This document shows, piece by piece, positions 1-9,710 of a DNA stretch of 64,000 bases. Location of the stretch: NCBI GenBank assembly GCA_963826865.1, contig CAWGYQ010000009.1, positions 14,570-78,569 on the forward strand. Direction: 5' to 3'. The DNA comes from an uncultured Acidobacteriota bacterium (GTDB taxonomy: Bacteria > Acidobacteriota > Vicinamibacteria > Vicinamibacterales > CAVPJW01). The notes below the pieces were generated by a model, which saw only the letters and a list, made by a program, of their open reading frames with translations, had not been told where the DNA came from and ran no database searches. Within the stretch, counting starts at the first letter, position 1; the number at the start of each line of letters is the position of its first letter. Made by a program: the position numbers and the translations under genes.

Positions 1-2
1 GC

Positions 3-509
3 CGCGGCGACCGCGGCCAGAAACTCGCGGCGGAGGAACGCGGTGATCTCGTCGATCGACTCGTCGCTCGAGAAGCCGGCAGCCTGGCGGGGCAGCTGGC
101 GGAACGGCTCGGCGCACGACCCTCACTTTTCGTTGCGCTGGGGGTCTATACGCTCATCGCGGGCATCGGATACCTGATGTCCACGGCCAGCCAGTTCTTT
201 CTGCTCGCCGGACTGGTGGCCACGGTGCAGGGCGGCAGCCAGGCTCTCAGCCGCTCGCTGTTCGCCTCGATGATTCCGCGTGCCAGGTCATCTGAATTCT
301 TTGGATTTTTTTCGGTCTTCGAGAAGATGGCCGGGGTGCTCGGACCGGCACTCTTCGCCATCACGGTGGCGCTGACGGGCTCGAGTCGGGGCGCCGTGCT
401 CGCCGTGGTGGGCTTCTTCGTGGCCGGCGCCGCCGTTCTGGCCAGGGTGAACGTGGCGGAGGGCCAGGCCCTGGCTGCCCGTATGAACGCTCGAGGTGAT
501 CGCGCGTGA
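3..509 (+). CDS. MFS transporter (UMF1/Atg22-like), C-terminal fragment; 5' end lies outside the window
   Basis: Frame of ORF 177..509 stays open back to nt 3. The tail is rich in hydrophobic helices (LFVALGVYTLIAGIGYLMSTASQFFLLAGLVATVQGG...VVGFFVAGAAVLA). The stop overlaps the next start (GTGA at 506-509). Confidence 0.6.
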   Translation, partial: RGDRGQKLAAEERGDLVDRLVAREAGSLAGQLAERLGARPSLFVALGVYTLIAGIGYLMSTASQFFLLAGLVATVQGGSQALSRSLFASMIPRARSSEFFGFFSVFEKMAGVLGPALFAITVALTGSSRGAVLAVVGFFVAGAAVLARVNVAEGQALAARMNARGDRA

Positions 510-2353
510 TCCGCCAGTGCCTTCGACGACGCCCGTCTGGTGTATGGCTCAGCGCGTTGTTGCCGGCAGCCTTCTGGATCCTGACGCTACCGGCCGCGCC
601 TCAAGAGAGTCGGCGGCGCGTGGTGCTCGTGTCGTTCGACGGAGCCGCCGACTGGATCGTCGATCGCATGATCGCAGTCGGCAAGGCGCCCGCAATCGAG
701 AGGCTGGCGCGCGAGGGCGCCCGGGCCGACGCCATGGTCAGCGTGATGCCGACATTGACGGCGCCTGCACATGCCACGCTTTGGACGGGTGTCTCGCCAC
801 GCGCGCATACGGTGGTCGGCAATACGATGCTGCGTCTGCCGCGATCGGCGCACTCGCTGCTGGACCGGCTGTCCGGATTCGACCACCCCACCGCGATCGA
901 GCCGCTCTGGGCGGTGGCTGCGCGCTCGGGGCGCCGCGCTCTGGTGCTGCAAGCAGCCGCCAACCGGCCTTCCCCCGCGCTCGCAGAGCACGTCACGGAG
1001 TTCGACATCTACTCGAGATGCGGCCCCTCCGAGCTCATCGAGGGCCGGCTCGCCAGCGGCCCGGCGAAGCCGTTCGTGATCGAGGTGGAGGACACACCCA
1101 TTGAAATCACGCCGGCTACAGACGGCGTGGCCATCCATGCGCAGGGCCAGCAATCGGTGCTGCGTGCGCGACGAGGGAGCCGGTTTTCACCCCCCATCAG
1201 TGTGGCTACCGGCTCACGGGCGTTTCGCCTCGGCCTCGTGTCGCACGATCGCCCCACGGGAGCGTTTACCGTGCTGCGTGGCCGGGTCTGCGAGGCCCTC
1301 ACGAACCGTCCTGACAAACTCGCCGCCTTTCGCCGAGCCGCCGGCACGATCGTCGGCGAGACCGTGGTCGACTACTACCTCGCGGGACGTCTCGGCGTGC
1401 CACTCGCCGACGGAGGCACGGGCGAGGCCGAGGATCTGCTGTCCGAGGTGCTCGAAGCGAACCAGGAGTTCTTCGACGGCGCCTTGCGTTTCGCGGCAGA
1501 GGAGCCGTGGGACCTGCTGGTGGCGTATGTGCCGTCGCTCGACGCCGCAGGACACGCGCTCGCCGGCATCGTGGATTCCACGACGATGGGACATCGGCAG
1601 GAGCTGGCCGACCGTGCCTGGCTTTCGATCGAACGCATCTTCGCGCGCACGGTCGATGGCTATGTCGCCGATATCCGCAACCGCTTTCCGGATGCGACGG
1701 TGGTGGCCGTCTCCGACCACGGCATGGAGGGATCAGCCAGGACCGTGCATGTCAATGTCGCCCTGCGCCACGCCGGACTGCTGACGCTCGATTCCGGCGG
1801 ACAGATCTCGCTGGCCGAAACACTGGCCTTCCACCTGTACGGCAACGGAGGCGGGATCTTTCTCAATACCACCGATCGGCGGCACGGCATCGTCGACGCG
1901 GATCACCGAGAGCTGGTCAAGAGCCGGGTCACGGCGGCGCTGCTTGGGATTCGCGATCCAGACACCGGCGCGGCGCCCGTCCGCGCGGTATTCGATACCG
2001 ACGTGGATGGCAGCGCGCTGGGAATTGGCGGCAGTGCCGCCGGCGATCTCTACTTCGACCTGGCTCCAGGTTACGACTTCAGCACCTCGCTCGGAGGCGA
2101 CGAAACGATTACCGTACAGCGCGCGGGTGGCAGCGGAGACCATGGCGGCGCACCCTGGCACCGCGGCTTGCACGCCATCTTTGTTGCCTCCGGTCCGGGA
2201 ATTCGGAGCGGGCAACAATTGGGATTGGTGCGCGCCATCGATGTCGCACCCACGGTGGCCTCGCTTCTTGGGTTGCCGCCGCTCCCCGAAGCCGAAGGCC
2301 GCCCGCTCGATCTGTCAGGCGCGCAGGCGACAGGCGGGGTCAAGTCCCAGTAG
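506..2353 (+). CDS. Secreted alkaline-phosphatase-superfamily nucleotide pyrophosphatase/phosphodiesterase (type I phosphodiesterase family)
   Basis: N-terminal signal-like segment. Metal-site and nucleophile motifs VVLVSFDGAADW, MPTLTAPAHATLWTG, LDAAGHA, VSDHGM, GDHGG. Confidence 0.75.
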   Translation: MIRQCLRRRPSGVWLSALLPAAFWILTLPAAPQESRRRVVLVSFDGAADWIVDRMIAVGKAPAIERLAREGARADAMVSVMPTLTAPAHATLWTGVSPRAHTVVGNTMLRLPRSAHSLLDRLSGFDHPTAIEPLWAVAARSGRRALVLQAAANRPSPALAEHVTEFDIYSRCGPSELIEGRLASGPAKPFVIEVEDTPIEITPATDGVAIHAQGQQSVLRARRGSRFSPPISVATGSRAFRLGLVSHDRPTGAFTVLRGRVCEALTNRPDKLAAFRRAAGTIVGETVVDYYLAGRLGVPLADGGTGEAEDLLSEVLEANQEFFDGALRFAAEEPWDLLVAYVPSLDAAGHALAGIVDSTTMGHRQELADRAWLSIERIFARTVDGYVADIRNRFPDATVVAVSDHGMEGSARTVHVNVALRHAGLLTLDSGGQISLAETLAFHLYGNGGGIFLNTTDRRHGIVDADHRELVKSRVTAALLGIRDPDTGAAPVRAVFDTDVDGSALGIGGSAAGDLYFDLAPGYDFSTSLGGDETITVQRAGGSGDHGGAPWHRGLHAIFVASGPGIRSGQQLGLVRAIDVAPTVASLLGLPPLPEAEGRPLDLSGAQATGGVKSQ

Positions 2354-2410
2354 ATCTGACTCGTCCGAGTGTTCTGCCGCGTCTGGCCCGCCCGCGCGAG
2401 GCTGCACGAG

Positions 2411-3544
2411 TCAGTCCAGCCGCTTGCGCGAACGCACGACCGCGAGCGTCACGATCGCGAGCCCCCAGGCCGTCAGTGCGAGTGCCTGCGGCCACAGCGT
2501 TTCGAGACCGACGCCCTTCAGAAAGATCCCGCGCAGCATGACGATGAAATAGCGGAGCGGAATGAGATAGGTCACCGGCTCGATGAGCGGAGGCATGTTC
2601 TCGATCGGAAAGATGAACCCGGAGAGGTAGATCATGGGAAGCAGAAAGAAGAACGTCGTCGTCATCATCGCCTGCTGCTGAGTGCTCGAGATCGTCGAGA
2701 CGAACAGCCCGAGCCCGAGCGTCGTCAGGAGATAGATGAGACACATGCCGAGCAGCAGCCACACGCTGCCCCTCAGCGGCACCTCGAACCAGAGAATCGA
2801 AACGGCCAGCACCAGCACCACGTCAATCATGCCCGCCAGGGCGTATGGCGTGAGCTTGCCCAGAATCAGCTCGATGCGACCGAGGGGCGTGACGTTCAGC
2901 TGCTCGAGCGTTCCGATTTCCTTCTCGCGCACCACGGCCATCGACGACAGGTTCGTCGTCACGACGAGCAGGATCAACGCGACCACACCGGGAATCATGA
3001 ACAGGCGGCTCTCGAGCTGTGGATTGAACCAGACCCGAATCAGTGGGTCGATGCCGCCTTCCGTTCCCGCCCGGTCGCTCGAGCCCGCGAGCTCCTGCGC
3101 GTACGCGGCGACCAGCGCCGTCGCGTAGCCGAGTCCGACATTGGCCGAATTGGAGTCGGTCCCGTCCGCGACAATCTGAACGGTCGCCGTTTGTCCCGAT
3201 GCCAGGTGTCGGCCATGGCCGGCCGGGATCGACAGCCCCATCCACGCTTGGCCTCTCGTGATGAAGGGATCCATCTCGCTCGGGTCGCTGACGACGGCCA
3301 GCACCGTGAAGCTCGGCGAGCGGTCGAAGCGCGCAATGAGCTCGCGGCTGGCCGACGAGCGATCCTGATCGGCCACCACGACGGGAACGTTGCGCACGTC
3401 GGTGGAGGCCGCATAGCCCAGAAACGCCAGTTGTATCAGGGGCGCGACGAAAATCACCGGAAAGAGTCGGGGATCCTGCTTGAGCTCCAGGAACTCCTTC
3501 CACATCAACAGGAAGATCCGGCGGAGGCTGATGGTGAGATTCAT
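2411..3544 (-). CDS. ABC-2 type transporter permease (YbhR/YbhS-like)
   Basis: ORF 2411..3895 trimmed to the internal ATG at 3544, which overlaps the upstream stop (ATGA). N-terminus MNLTISLRRIFLLMWKEFLELKQDPRLF, a large periplasmic loop, then multi-TM C-terminal half. Confidence 0.85.
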   Translation of the reverse strand: MNLTISLRRIFLLMWKEFLELKQDPRLFPVIFVAPLIQLAFLGYAASTDVRNVPVVVADQDRSSASRELIARFDRSPSFTVLAVVSDPSEMDPFITRGQAWMGLSIPAGHGRHLASGQTATVQIVADGTDSNSANVGLGYATALVAAYAQELAGSSDRAGTEGGIDPLIRVWFNPQLESRLFMIPGVVALILLVVTTNLSSMAVVREKEIGTLEQLNVTPLGRIELILGKLTPYALAGMIDVVLVLAVSILWFEVPLRGSVWLLLGMCLIYLLTTLGLGLFVSTISSTQQQAMMTTTFFFLLPMIYLSGFIFPIENMPPLIEPVTYLIPLRYFIVMLRGIFLKGVGLETLWPQALALTAWGLAIVTLAVVRSRKRLD

Positions 3545-4659
3545 GCCCACTGCCGGCGAAGCCGGAAAGCCGCCAGGGACAGCGTGACGGCGCCAAATAC
3601 GACCAGGGCGAGAAGCTCGAGCCAGAACGCGTCGAGCCCTGCGCCCTTGAGGACGATGCCGCGAAGCGCGACCAGGAAATAGCGCGCCGGCACGATGTAG
3701 GTGAGGGCTTGCACCACCGGGGGCATGCTCGCAATCGGGAAGATGAACCCCGAGAGCATCAGCGTAGGCAGAAACGAGACCAGCAGCGCGATCTGAAACG
3801 CCACTTGCTGCGTGTCGGCGACGGTCGAGACGAGGAGGCCGAGCCCGAGAGCGCCCACCAGGAAGAGCCCGATGGCAAAGACCAGGAGCGCCCACGAGCC
3901 CCGCATCGGCAGATCGAAGAGAAGCATCGATGCGAGCACGATGCCGATTGACGACGCCATGGAGATCACGAAGTAAGGAATCGTCTTACCCAGCACGTAG
4001 TGGAGAGCGCCGATCGGTGCCATCCGAACCTGCTCCATCGTGCCCCGCTCCTTTTCGCGCACGACAGAGAGAGCTGTCGAGACCACGGCCGTGATCATCG
4101 CAAGATAGGCAATCAGCCCCGGGACGAGGAACAGACTGCTCCTGAGCTCCGGGTTGTACCAGACACGAGGCTCCGCAATGATGGGCGGTGCGCTGGCGGC
4201 ACGGGCGGCCGGCTCGACCTGGTACGCACGCGACACATTACGCAGGATTGTCCCCGCATAGGCCACGACAGTGGTGGCCGTGTTGGCATTGGCGCCGTCG
4301 ACCAGCACTTGAACCGGCGCCCGCTGACTGCTCAGCAGCCGTCGCTCGGTTCCCGCCGGAATCACCAACACGGCTCGCGCCTGGTTCCGATTCATCAGAT
4401 CGATCGCGTCGCCGGTCCTGTCGATGGCGGCCGTCAACTCGAAGTATCCGGAGTTGATGAACGCCGAAACGATCTGCCGGCTGGCGACAGTCCGGTCGTC
4501 ATCCTGCACCGCCAGCCGGATATGGCGAATGTCGAAGTTGAGCGCGTAGCCGAAGAGCAGCAGGAAAAATACCGGCACGAAGAGCAGAATCAGCAGTGTG
4601 CGGCGATCGCGGGCAATCTGTCGAAGCTCCTTGCGCGCGACGGCCAGCATGCGCTGCAC
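3541..4659 (-). CDS. ABC-2 type transporter permease (YbhR/YbhS-like)
   Basis: MQRMLAVARKELRQIARDRRTLLILLFVPVFFLLLFGYAL... Same architecture as the downstream paralog. Start adjoins the ATPase stop at 4659. Confidence 0.85.
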   Translation of the reverse strand: MQRMLAVARKELRQIARDRRTLLILLFVPVFFLLLFGYALNFDIRHIRLAVQDDDRTVASRQIVSAFINSGYFELTAAIDRTGDAIDLMNRNQARAVLVIPAGTERRLLSSQRAPVQVLVDGANANTATTVVAYAGTILRNVSRAYQVEPAARAASAPPIIAEPRVWYNPELRSSLFLVPGLIAYLAMITAVVSTALSVVREKERGTMEQVRMAPIGALHYVLGKTIPYFVISMASSIGIVLASMLLFDLPMRGSWALLVFAIGLFLVGALGLGLLVSTVADTQQVAFQIALLVSFLPTLMLSGFIFPIASMPPVVQALTYIVPARYFLVALRGIVLKGAGLDAFWLELLALVVFGAVTLSLAAFRLRRQWA

Positions 4660-5585
4660 TACGCGCCTGCCCGTTCCACGACGTCGAGGAACACGTCCTC
4701 GAGCGAGGGTTCAACCGCCTGGAGCAGCGCGCCGCTCACGCCCCCTTCCTCCAGTCGCCTGTTCAGGGCCGGCAGATCATCTGTGCCGGGCTTCATGACC
4801 GCGTGAACCGCGGTGCCGAAAATGCTGGTCTTCTGGACCGACGGCAGCCCGTCCAGCACGCGCATCGCCTGCACCGGGTGCGCCGCTCTGACCTCGACGA
4901 TGGGACGCTCGTCGAACACCTGTTTGAGCTCTCCTGGTGTTCCCATGGCCGCCAGCCGGCCGGCATGAATGATGGCGAGGCGGTGGCAGTGCTCGGCTTC
5001 GTCGAGATAGTGCGTGGTGACGAGAATCGTGACGGCCGCTCGCGACTGCTCATCGATGAGTCGCCAGAACTGGCGGCGCGAGAGTGGGTCCACACCGCCC
5101 GTGGGCTCGTCGAGAAACACGATGGGCGGTTCGTGGAGAATGGCGCAGCCCAGCGCCAGCCGCTGTTTCCAGCCGCCCGACAGATCGCGCGCCAATGTTC
5201 GTTCCCGGCCGGCCAGACCGGCCATCTCGATCACGAACCGACGCCGCGCGTGCAGTCGCTCGGTGTGGAGCCCGTACAGTCCGCCGAAGAAGCGGATGTT
5301 CTGATCGACGGTCAACAGCTCGTACAGTGAGAACCTCTGCGACATGTAGCCGATTCGGCTCTTGACACCTTCGGGATCGCGACCGACGTCAATGCCTCCA
5401 ACAAGGGCCGTGCCGGACGTCGGTTTCAGGAGGCCCGACAGCATGCGGATGGTCGTGGACTTGCCGGCGCCGTTGCTGCCCAGGAAACCGAAGATCTCGC
5501 CCTGCCGCACGGTGAAGCTCACCTGATCGACGGCCACGAAGCTGCCGAACCGGCGGCTGAGTCCGCTGACGGCAATGGCATCCAT
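4659..5585 (-). CDS. ABC transporter ATP-binding protein
   Basis: Walker A GSNGAGKST, signature LSGGWKQRL, Walker B IVFLDEPT. Start trimmed to the ATG at 5585 (MDAIAVSGLSRRFG), just downstream of the TolC stop at 5599. Confidence 0.9.
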   Translation of the reverse strand: MDAIAVSGLSRRFGSFVAVDQVSFTVRQGEIFGFLGSNGAGKSTTIRMLSGLLKPTSGTALVGGIDVGRDPEGVKSRIGYMSQRFSLYELLTVDQNIRFFGGLYGLHTERLHARRRFVIEMAGLAGRERTLARDLSGGWKQRLALGCAILHEPPIVFLDEPTGGVDPLSRRQFWRLIDEQSRAAVTILVTTHYLDEAEHCHRLAIIHAGRLAAMGTPGELKQVFDERPIVEVRAAHPVQAMRVLDGLPSVQKTSIFGTAVHAVMKPGTDDLPALNRRLEEGGVSGALLQAVEPSLEDVFLDVVERAGA

Positions 5586-5598
5586 CGACGAACCTCCG

Positions 5599-6966
5599 TC
5601 AGCGCCCCAGTGCGCGCGCGAGGCGCGCTTCAGCGAGGCGCGTCTCCGCCAGCGCACGTGTCCGATCGAGCTCCGACCTCAGCAGATCCTCCTGTGCCTC
5701 GAGCAGTTCGGTGCTGGTGGCCACGCCCGCCGCGAATCGCTCGGCGGTGACGCGTCTGGCCTCCGCGGCGCTTCGTACGCCGTCAGCGGCGACCTCGATC
5801 GAGGCCAGTCTGGCCAGCAGATCGAGCCGACGCTGACGAACGTCGAAGTCGAGGATCTCATCGAACTCCGCGAGTCGTTCGTCGGCGGCCGATGCCTCCG
5901 CGGCCGCTTCCGCAACCTCGGCCGTCACGCGACCACCGTCCCAGATCGACCAGTTGACGTTGACGCCGACGTCCCAGAAGTCCTGCCAGCGGTCCTCGCG
6001 CGGGAAGATCAGGGGATTCGGACGCGCGTAATCCACACCAGCCACCACGGAGGCGACTGGCAGACGTCCGGCCTTGGCCGCCCCGGTGCGCGAGCGGGCC
6101 GCGGCTATCCGGTTTTCCAGCGCCAGTCGCTCGGGTCGCTGCCGTCTGGCTTCCTGGATCAGGGCATCGAGATTCGCTGGCGGTTGGGTCGGATCTGACA
6201 GCGACGAGGCGAGGGAAAGCGCTGTATCAGGCGCGAGACCAGCCAGCCGTCGAAGATCGGCCCGTACGATCTCGGCCTGGTTCTGAGCCTCGATGAGCAA
6301 CAGTCGCTGGCGGGAGCGCTCGGCCTCCACCGAGAGCACGTCGGCGGGGGAAATGAGGCCGACGTTGAGCTGGTTGCGGACGTCCGTCAACTGCGCCTCG
6401 ACGCGTGCAACTGCTTCCTCCAGCACGCGAACCGCTTCGGCTGCGGTGATGTTCGCCCAATACGCCCGCGTGATTTCCAGGCGCAGATCGGCTCGCGCAG
6501 TCTGGAGGTCCGCTCCTGTGGCCTCGGCCTCCGCGGCAGCCGCCTGCACGAGCGCCGCGGTGCGGCCGCCCGTGTAGATCGGCCATTGCAGGTCCAGGCG
6601 TGTCCGATAGTTGTCCGGCACGTCTGGATAGATCGTCTGAAATCCAACCACTGGCGTGCGGAGGCCGAACTCAGGGACGTGACTCGTCCGCATGTAACCG
6701 CCTTCGAGAGCAATCACGGGCCGATCGGCGGCATCGCGCCCGGCAACGACGGCGCGTGCGGCATCGCCGCGAGCTTTCAGCTCGGCGAGGCGGTGACTCG
6801 TCTCGAGGCCCCTCGCAAGGGCTTCCTCGAGCGTCAAGCGCACTTCCGCCTCGACCTGAGAAACCGGCGGCAAAGCGCCGGTTTCCTGCAGGATCATCTG
6901 CGCGCGAAGCGAGGACACGGATCCCAGCATCCAGAGCGACACGGCGACAACCGTCACGGGCTTCAT
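5599..6966 (-). CDS. TolC-family outer-membrane efflux protein
   Basis: Signal peptide, two-repeat coiled-coil-rich sequence typical of OEP/TolC, embedded in an efflux operon. 4-nt overlap with the upstream ATPase gene (6963-6966). Confidence 0.85.
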   Translation of the reverse strand: MKPVTVVAVSLWMLGSVSSLRAQMILQETGALPPVSQVEAEVRLTLEEALARGLETSHRLAELKARGDAARAVVAGRDAADRPVIALEGGYMRTSHVPEFGLRTPVVGFQTIYPDVPDNYRTRLDLQWPIYTGGRTAALVQAAAAEAEATGADLQTARADLRLEITRAYWANITAAEAVRVLEEAVARVEAQLTDVRNQLNVGLISPADVLSVEAERSRQRLLLIEAQNQAEIVRADLRRLAGLAPDTALSLASSLSDPTQPPANLDALIQEARRQRPERLALENRIAAARSRTGAAKAGRLPVASVVAGVDYARPNPLIFPREDRWQDFWDVGVNVNWSIWDGGRVTAEVAEAAAEASAADERLAEFDEILDFDVRQRRLDLLARLASIEVAADGVRSAAEARRVTAERFAAGVATSTELLEAQEDLLRSELDRTRALAETRLAEARLARALGR

Positions 6967-7913
6967 AGAGGGACACCTTGCCGGCTGCGCTCGGTCAGCC
7001 GTGCGATGAAGACATCCTCGAGCGAGGGCACGATGGGCCGCACGCGTACCAAAGCCGTGTCCGCCCGATCGAACGCCGCTCGAAGCGCCGAGGCCGTGTC
7101 GGCCGTCGACTCCGGGCTCATCCGCACGTGTACGCGATCGCCGAACAACTGCACGTCGATGACGCCGGGCTGTCCGCGCAGGATGTCGGCGGCTGTGTCA
7201 CGGTCCTGAGCCATCACTTCGAAGAAACGGCCCGGCAATGCGGCGCGAAGGCGGTCCGGCGAATCGGCGGCGAGCAGCTCGCCCTCGGTGATGAGCGCCA
7301 CGCGGGTACAGCGCTCGGCCTCGTCCAGGTACGGTGTTGTCATGACAATGGTGATGCCCTCGTTCAACAGCTCAGACAGGAGCTTCCAGAACTCGCGGCG
7401 CGACACAGGATCCACCCCGGTGGTGGGCTCATCGAGAAGGATGAGCGCGGGTTCGTGCACCAGCGTGCAGGCGAGCGCGAGCTTCTGCTTCATGCCCCCG
7501 GAGAGGCGCTCGGCGAGACGTGTTCTGAAGGCCGTGAGCTGCATGAGTTCGAGCAGCCGCTCGCGCCGGTCGCGGTAGGTGGTGACGCCGTGAATCTCGG
7601 CGAAGAACGCAATGTTCTCGTCGATACTCAGATCGCCGTACAGTGAGAAGCGCTGCGAGAGATAACCGACCGACTGCGTCACGGCGCGGTGCTCGGCGAC
7701 CGGATCGCGCCCGAGAATCCGGACCGTTCCACCGTGCGGATGCAGCAGCCCGCACGCCACACGGATGGCCGTCGTCTTCCCGGCGCCGTCTGGCCCGATG
7801 ACGCCGAACATCTCGCCCGCACCCACTTCGAACGAGAGCTCGCGGAGCGCTGCCACGCTCCCATAGCGCAGCGAGACGCGGTGGAAGGACACGGCGGGCG
7901 TCATGGCGGTCAC
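6963..7913 (-). CDS. ABC transporter ATP-binding protein
   Basis: Walker A GPDGAGKTT, signature LSGGMKQKL, Walker B LILLDEPT. 4-nt overlap with the HlyD gene (7910-7913). Confidence 0.9.
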   Translation of the reverse strand: MTAMTPAVSFHRVSLRYGSVAALRELSFEVGAGEMFGVIGPDGAGKTTAIRVACGLLHPHGGTVRILGRDPVAEHRAVTQSVGYLSQRFSLYGDLSIDENIAFFAEIHGVTTYRDRRERLLELMQLTAFRTRLAERLSGGMKQKLALACTLVHEPALILLDEPTTGVDPVSRREFWKLLSELLNEGITIVMTTPYLDEAERCTRVALITEGELLAADSPDRLRAALPGRFFEVMAQDRDTAADILRGQPGVIDVQLFGDRVHVRMSPESTADTASALRAAFDRADTALVRVRPIVPSLEDVFIARLTERSRQGVPL

Positions 7914-8950
7914 GGGGCCAGCGGTACGTCGGCTTCGATTGGCATGCCGTCCTTCAGCACGCCCTCGCGGTTGTCCACGGCGATCTTGATCCGGTACACG
8001 AGCTTCGACCGCTCTTCGGCCGTCTGCACGTTCCGCGGCGTGAACTCGGCCCGCGGTGAGATGAAACTGACGCGGCCGACAATCCCAGGGCCGCCGCCAT
8101 CCGGGAAGACCGTGGCCGGCTGACCCAGCCGCAAGCGCGCTACGTAGGGCTCGTCGACGAAGACCTCGGCCCAGGCATCGTCCAGATTGGTGACGACGAA
8201 CAGCGCCGTGCGCGGCGCGACGATCTCGCCAACCTCCCGGAGCTTGGAGGTCACGATGCCGCCGATGGCGCTGCGGACCACGGCGTCGTCTACGGCCTTG
8301 TCGAGCACGGCAATGTCGGCATCGACGGCCGATACCCGTGCCCGCGCGGCCGCAATTTCCTCCCGTCGCGCCCCCGCCTTCAGGCGCGTGACCCCTTCGC
8401 GAGCCGCCTGGAGGTGTTGCTCGGCCGCCCGTACGCGCTCGCGAGCCACGTCGCGCCGCGTCGCGGCGTCGTCTCGCTGCTTCTGCGATCCGGAATTCGT
8501 CTTGAGGAGCGCTTCGAAGCGTTGCAAGTCCACGTCTGCCGCGCCGAGCTCGGCTTTCGCCGCCTGGAGATCGGCTTCAGCGGCCGAAACCTGGGCCCCG
8601 GCCTCGCGTACGTCCTCCGATCGCGCGCCGGCCAGAAGCAGCTCGAGCTGAGCCTGGGCCTGCGCCCGCCCGGCGACGGCGCGCGCTCGCGCAAGCTCGC
8701 TGTCGCGCGGGTCGAGCCTGGCGACCTCGTCGCCGGGATTCACCCGATCACCTTCGTCCACCTTGAGCTCGAGCACGCGGCCGCCAACCTCGGCAGCCAC
8801 CTGTGCTTCCGTGGCTTCGACATGGCCCGATGCACGGATGGTGTTGGTGGCAGCCGCCTCGCGCCGGCACGCCGACCCGGCAGCCGCCAGCAGGGTCAGC
8901 AGCACCGCAACGCGGAAGACGTCTCTGGACGACGATTGCTCTGTCTGCAC
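7910..8950 (-). CDS. HlyD-family membrane-fusion (periplasmic adaptor) protein
   Basis: N-terminal anchor, long Ala/Glu/Arg coiled-coil hairpin, barrel-sandwich flanks (GHVEATEAQVAAEVGGRVLELKVDEGDRV...). Sits directly upstream of the ABC-2 components. Confidence 0.85.
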   Translation of the reverse strand: MQTEQSSSRDVFRVAVLLTLLAAAGSACRREAAATNTIRASGHVEATEAQVAAEVGGRVLELKVDEGDRVNPGDEVARLDPRDSELARARAVAGRAQAQAQLELLLAGARSEDVREAGAQVSAAEADLQAAKAELGAADVDLQRFEALLKTNSGSQKQRDDAATRRDVARERVRAAEQHLQAAREGVTRLKAGARREEIAAARARVSAVDADIAVLDKAVDDAVVRSAIGGIVTSKLREVGEIVAPRTALFVVTNLDDAWAEVFVDEPYVARLRLGQPATVFPDGGGPGIVGRVSFISPRAEFTPRNVQTAEERSKLVYRIKIAVDNREGVLKDGMPIEADVPLAP

Positions 8951-8954
8951 GGGT

Positions 8955-9581
8955 TCATCCTTCGCGAAGGGCGCGGAGCGCGAATTCCTGATGGCGCGCC
9001 AGAAAAGCGCGCGGATCGAGGTCGGTCAGTTCGTTCGCCTGTACGCGCTGCATCTGGCGGCGCGCAGGCGCCGTCGCGAGAAAGAAGAGAATCGGCGCCA
9101 TCATGCCCATGTAGCCCACAACCGGATGCACGGCGGCAAATGCGCCGGTGCGCTGGCCGTCGGCGAGAACGGCTCGGACCGACTGATACAGGCTCGCAAT
9201 GAGCCGGTAGATCTCCGAATCGAATCGAGGCGCACCTTCCGCCACTTCGCGCAGCAGGATGGCGGGAAAGTAGGGGCGTTTCTCAGCTTCTTCGATCAGC
9301 GCGGCGAGACACGCGGCCAGCTTGCGGTCGGGCGCCTCGTGGCCGGACACGATGAGCTCGAAGCGCCCCTGGACGGCGGCGTACATCTCGCGGATGATTT
9401 CGCGATAGAGCGCTTGCTTGCTCGCGAAGTGGTAATAGATCATGGCTTTGTTCAGCCGGGCGCGGCGCGCGATGCGATCGATGCCGGCGCCGGCATAGCC
9501 GCGGGCCGCGAACTCGGCCGTCGCGGCGGCGAGGATGCGGCCCCGGGAGTCGGCCTGGCGGGTGCGGCGGCGCGGGGTCAT
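8955..9581 (-). CDS. TetR/AcrR-family transcriptional repressor
   Basis: N-terminal HTH RILAAATAEFAARGYAGAGIDRIARRARLNKAMIYYHFASKQALY. First gene of the efflux operon. Confidence 0.85.
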   Translation of the reverse strand: MTPRRRTRQADSRGRILAAATAEFAARGYAGAGIDRIARRARLNKAMIYYHFASKQALYREIIREMYAAVQGRFELIVSGHEAPDRKLAACLAALIEEAEKRPYFPAILLREVAEGAPRFDSEIYRLIASLYQSVRAVLADGQRTGAFAAVHPVVGYMGMMAPILFFLATAPARRQMQRVQANELTDLDPRAFLARHQEFALRALREG

Positions 9582-9584
9582 GTC

Positions 9585-9604
9585 TTAACTAATCGGTTAG
9601 TTAA
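9585..9604. promoter_or_regulatory. Putative TetR operator: inverted repeat TTAACTAA-tcgg-TTAGTTAA
   Basis: Perfect 8-4-8 inverted repeat. It is strongly AT-rich in a GC-rich genome and starts 4 nt upstream of the tetR start codon (9581), in the divergent intergenic region. Confidence 0.5.
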
Positions 9605-9710
9605 TAAAAGCCTCGGAACGTTGTCAAGCCCGAGCACGGAAGAGCTTCCCTCGAGCCGCAATTCCGCGCAAGGCCTCCACGGGGAATCGCCGCTCGATAG
9701 AATGCCGGGC

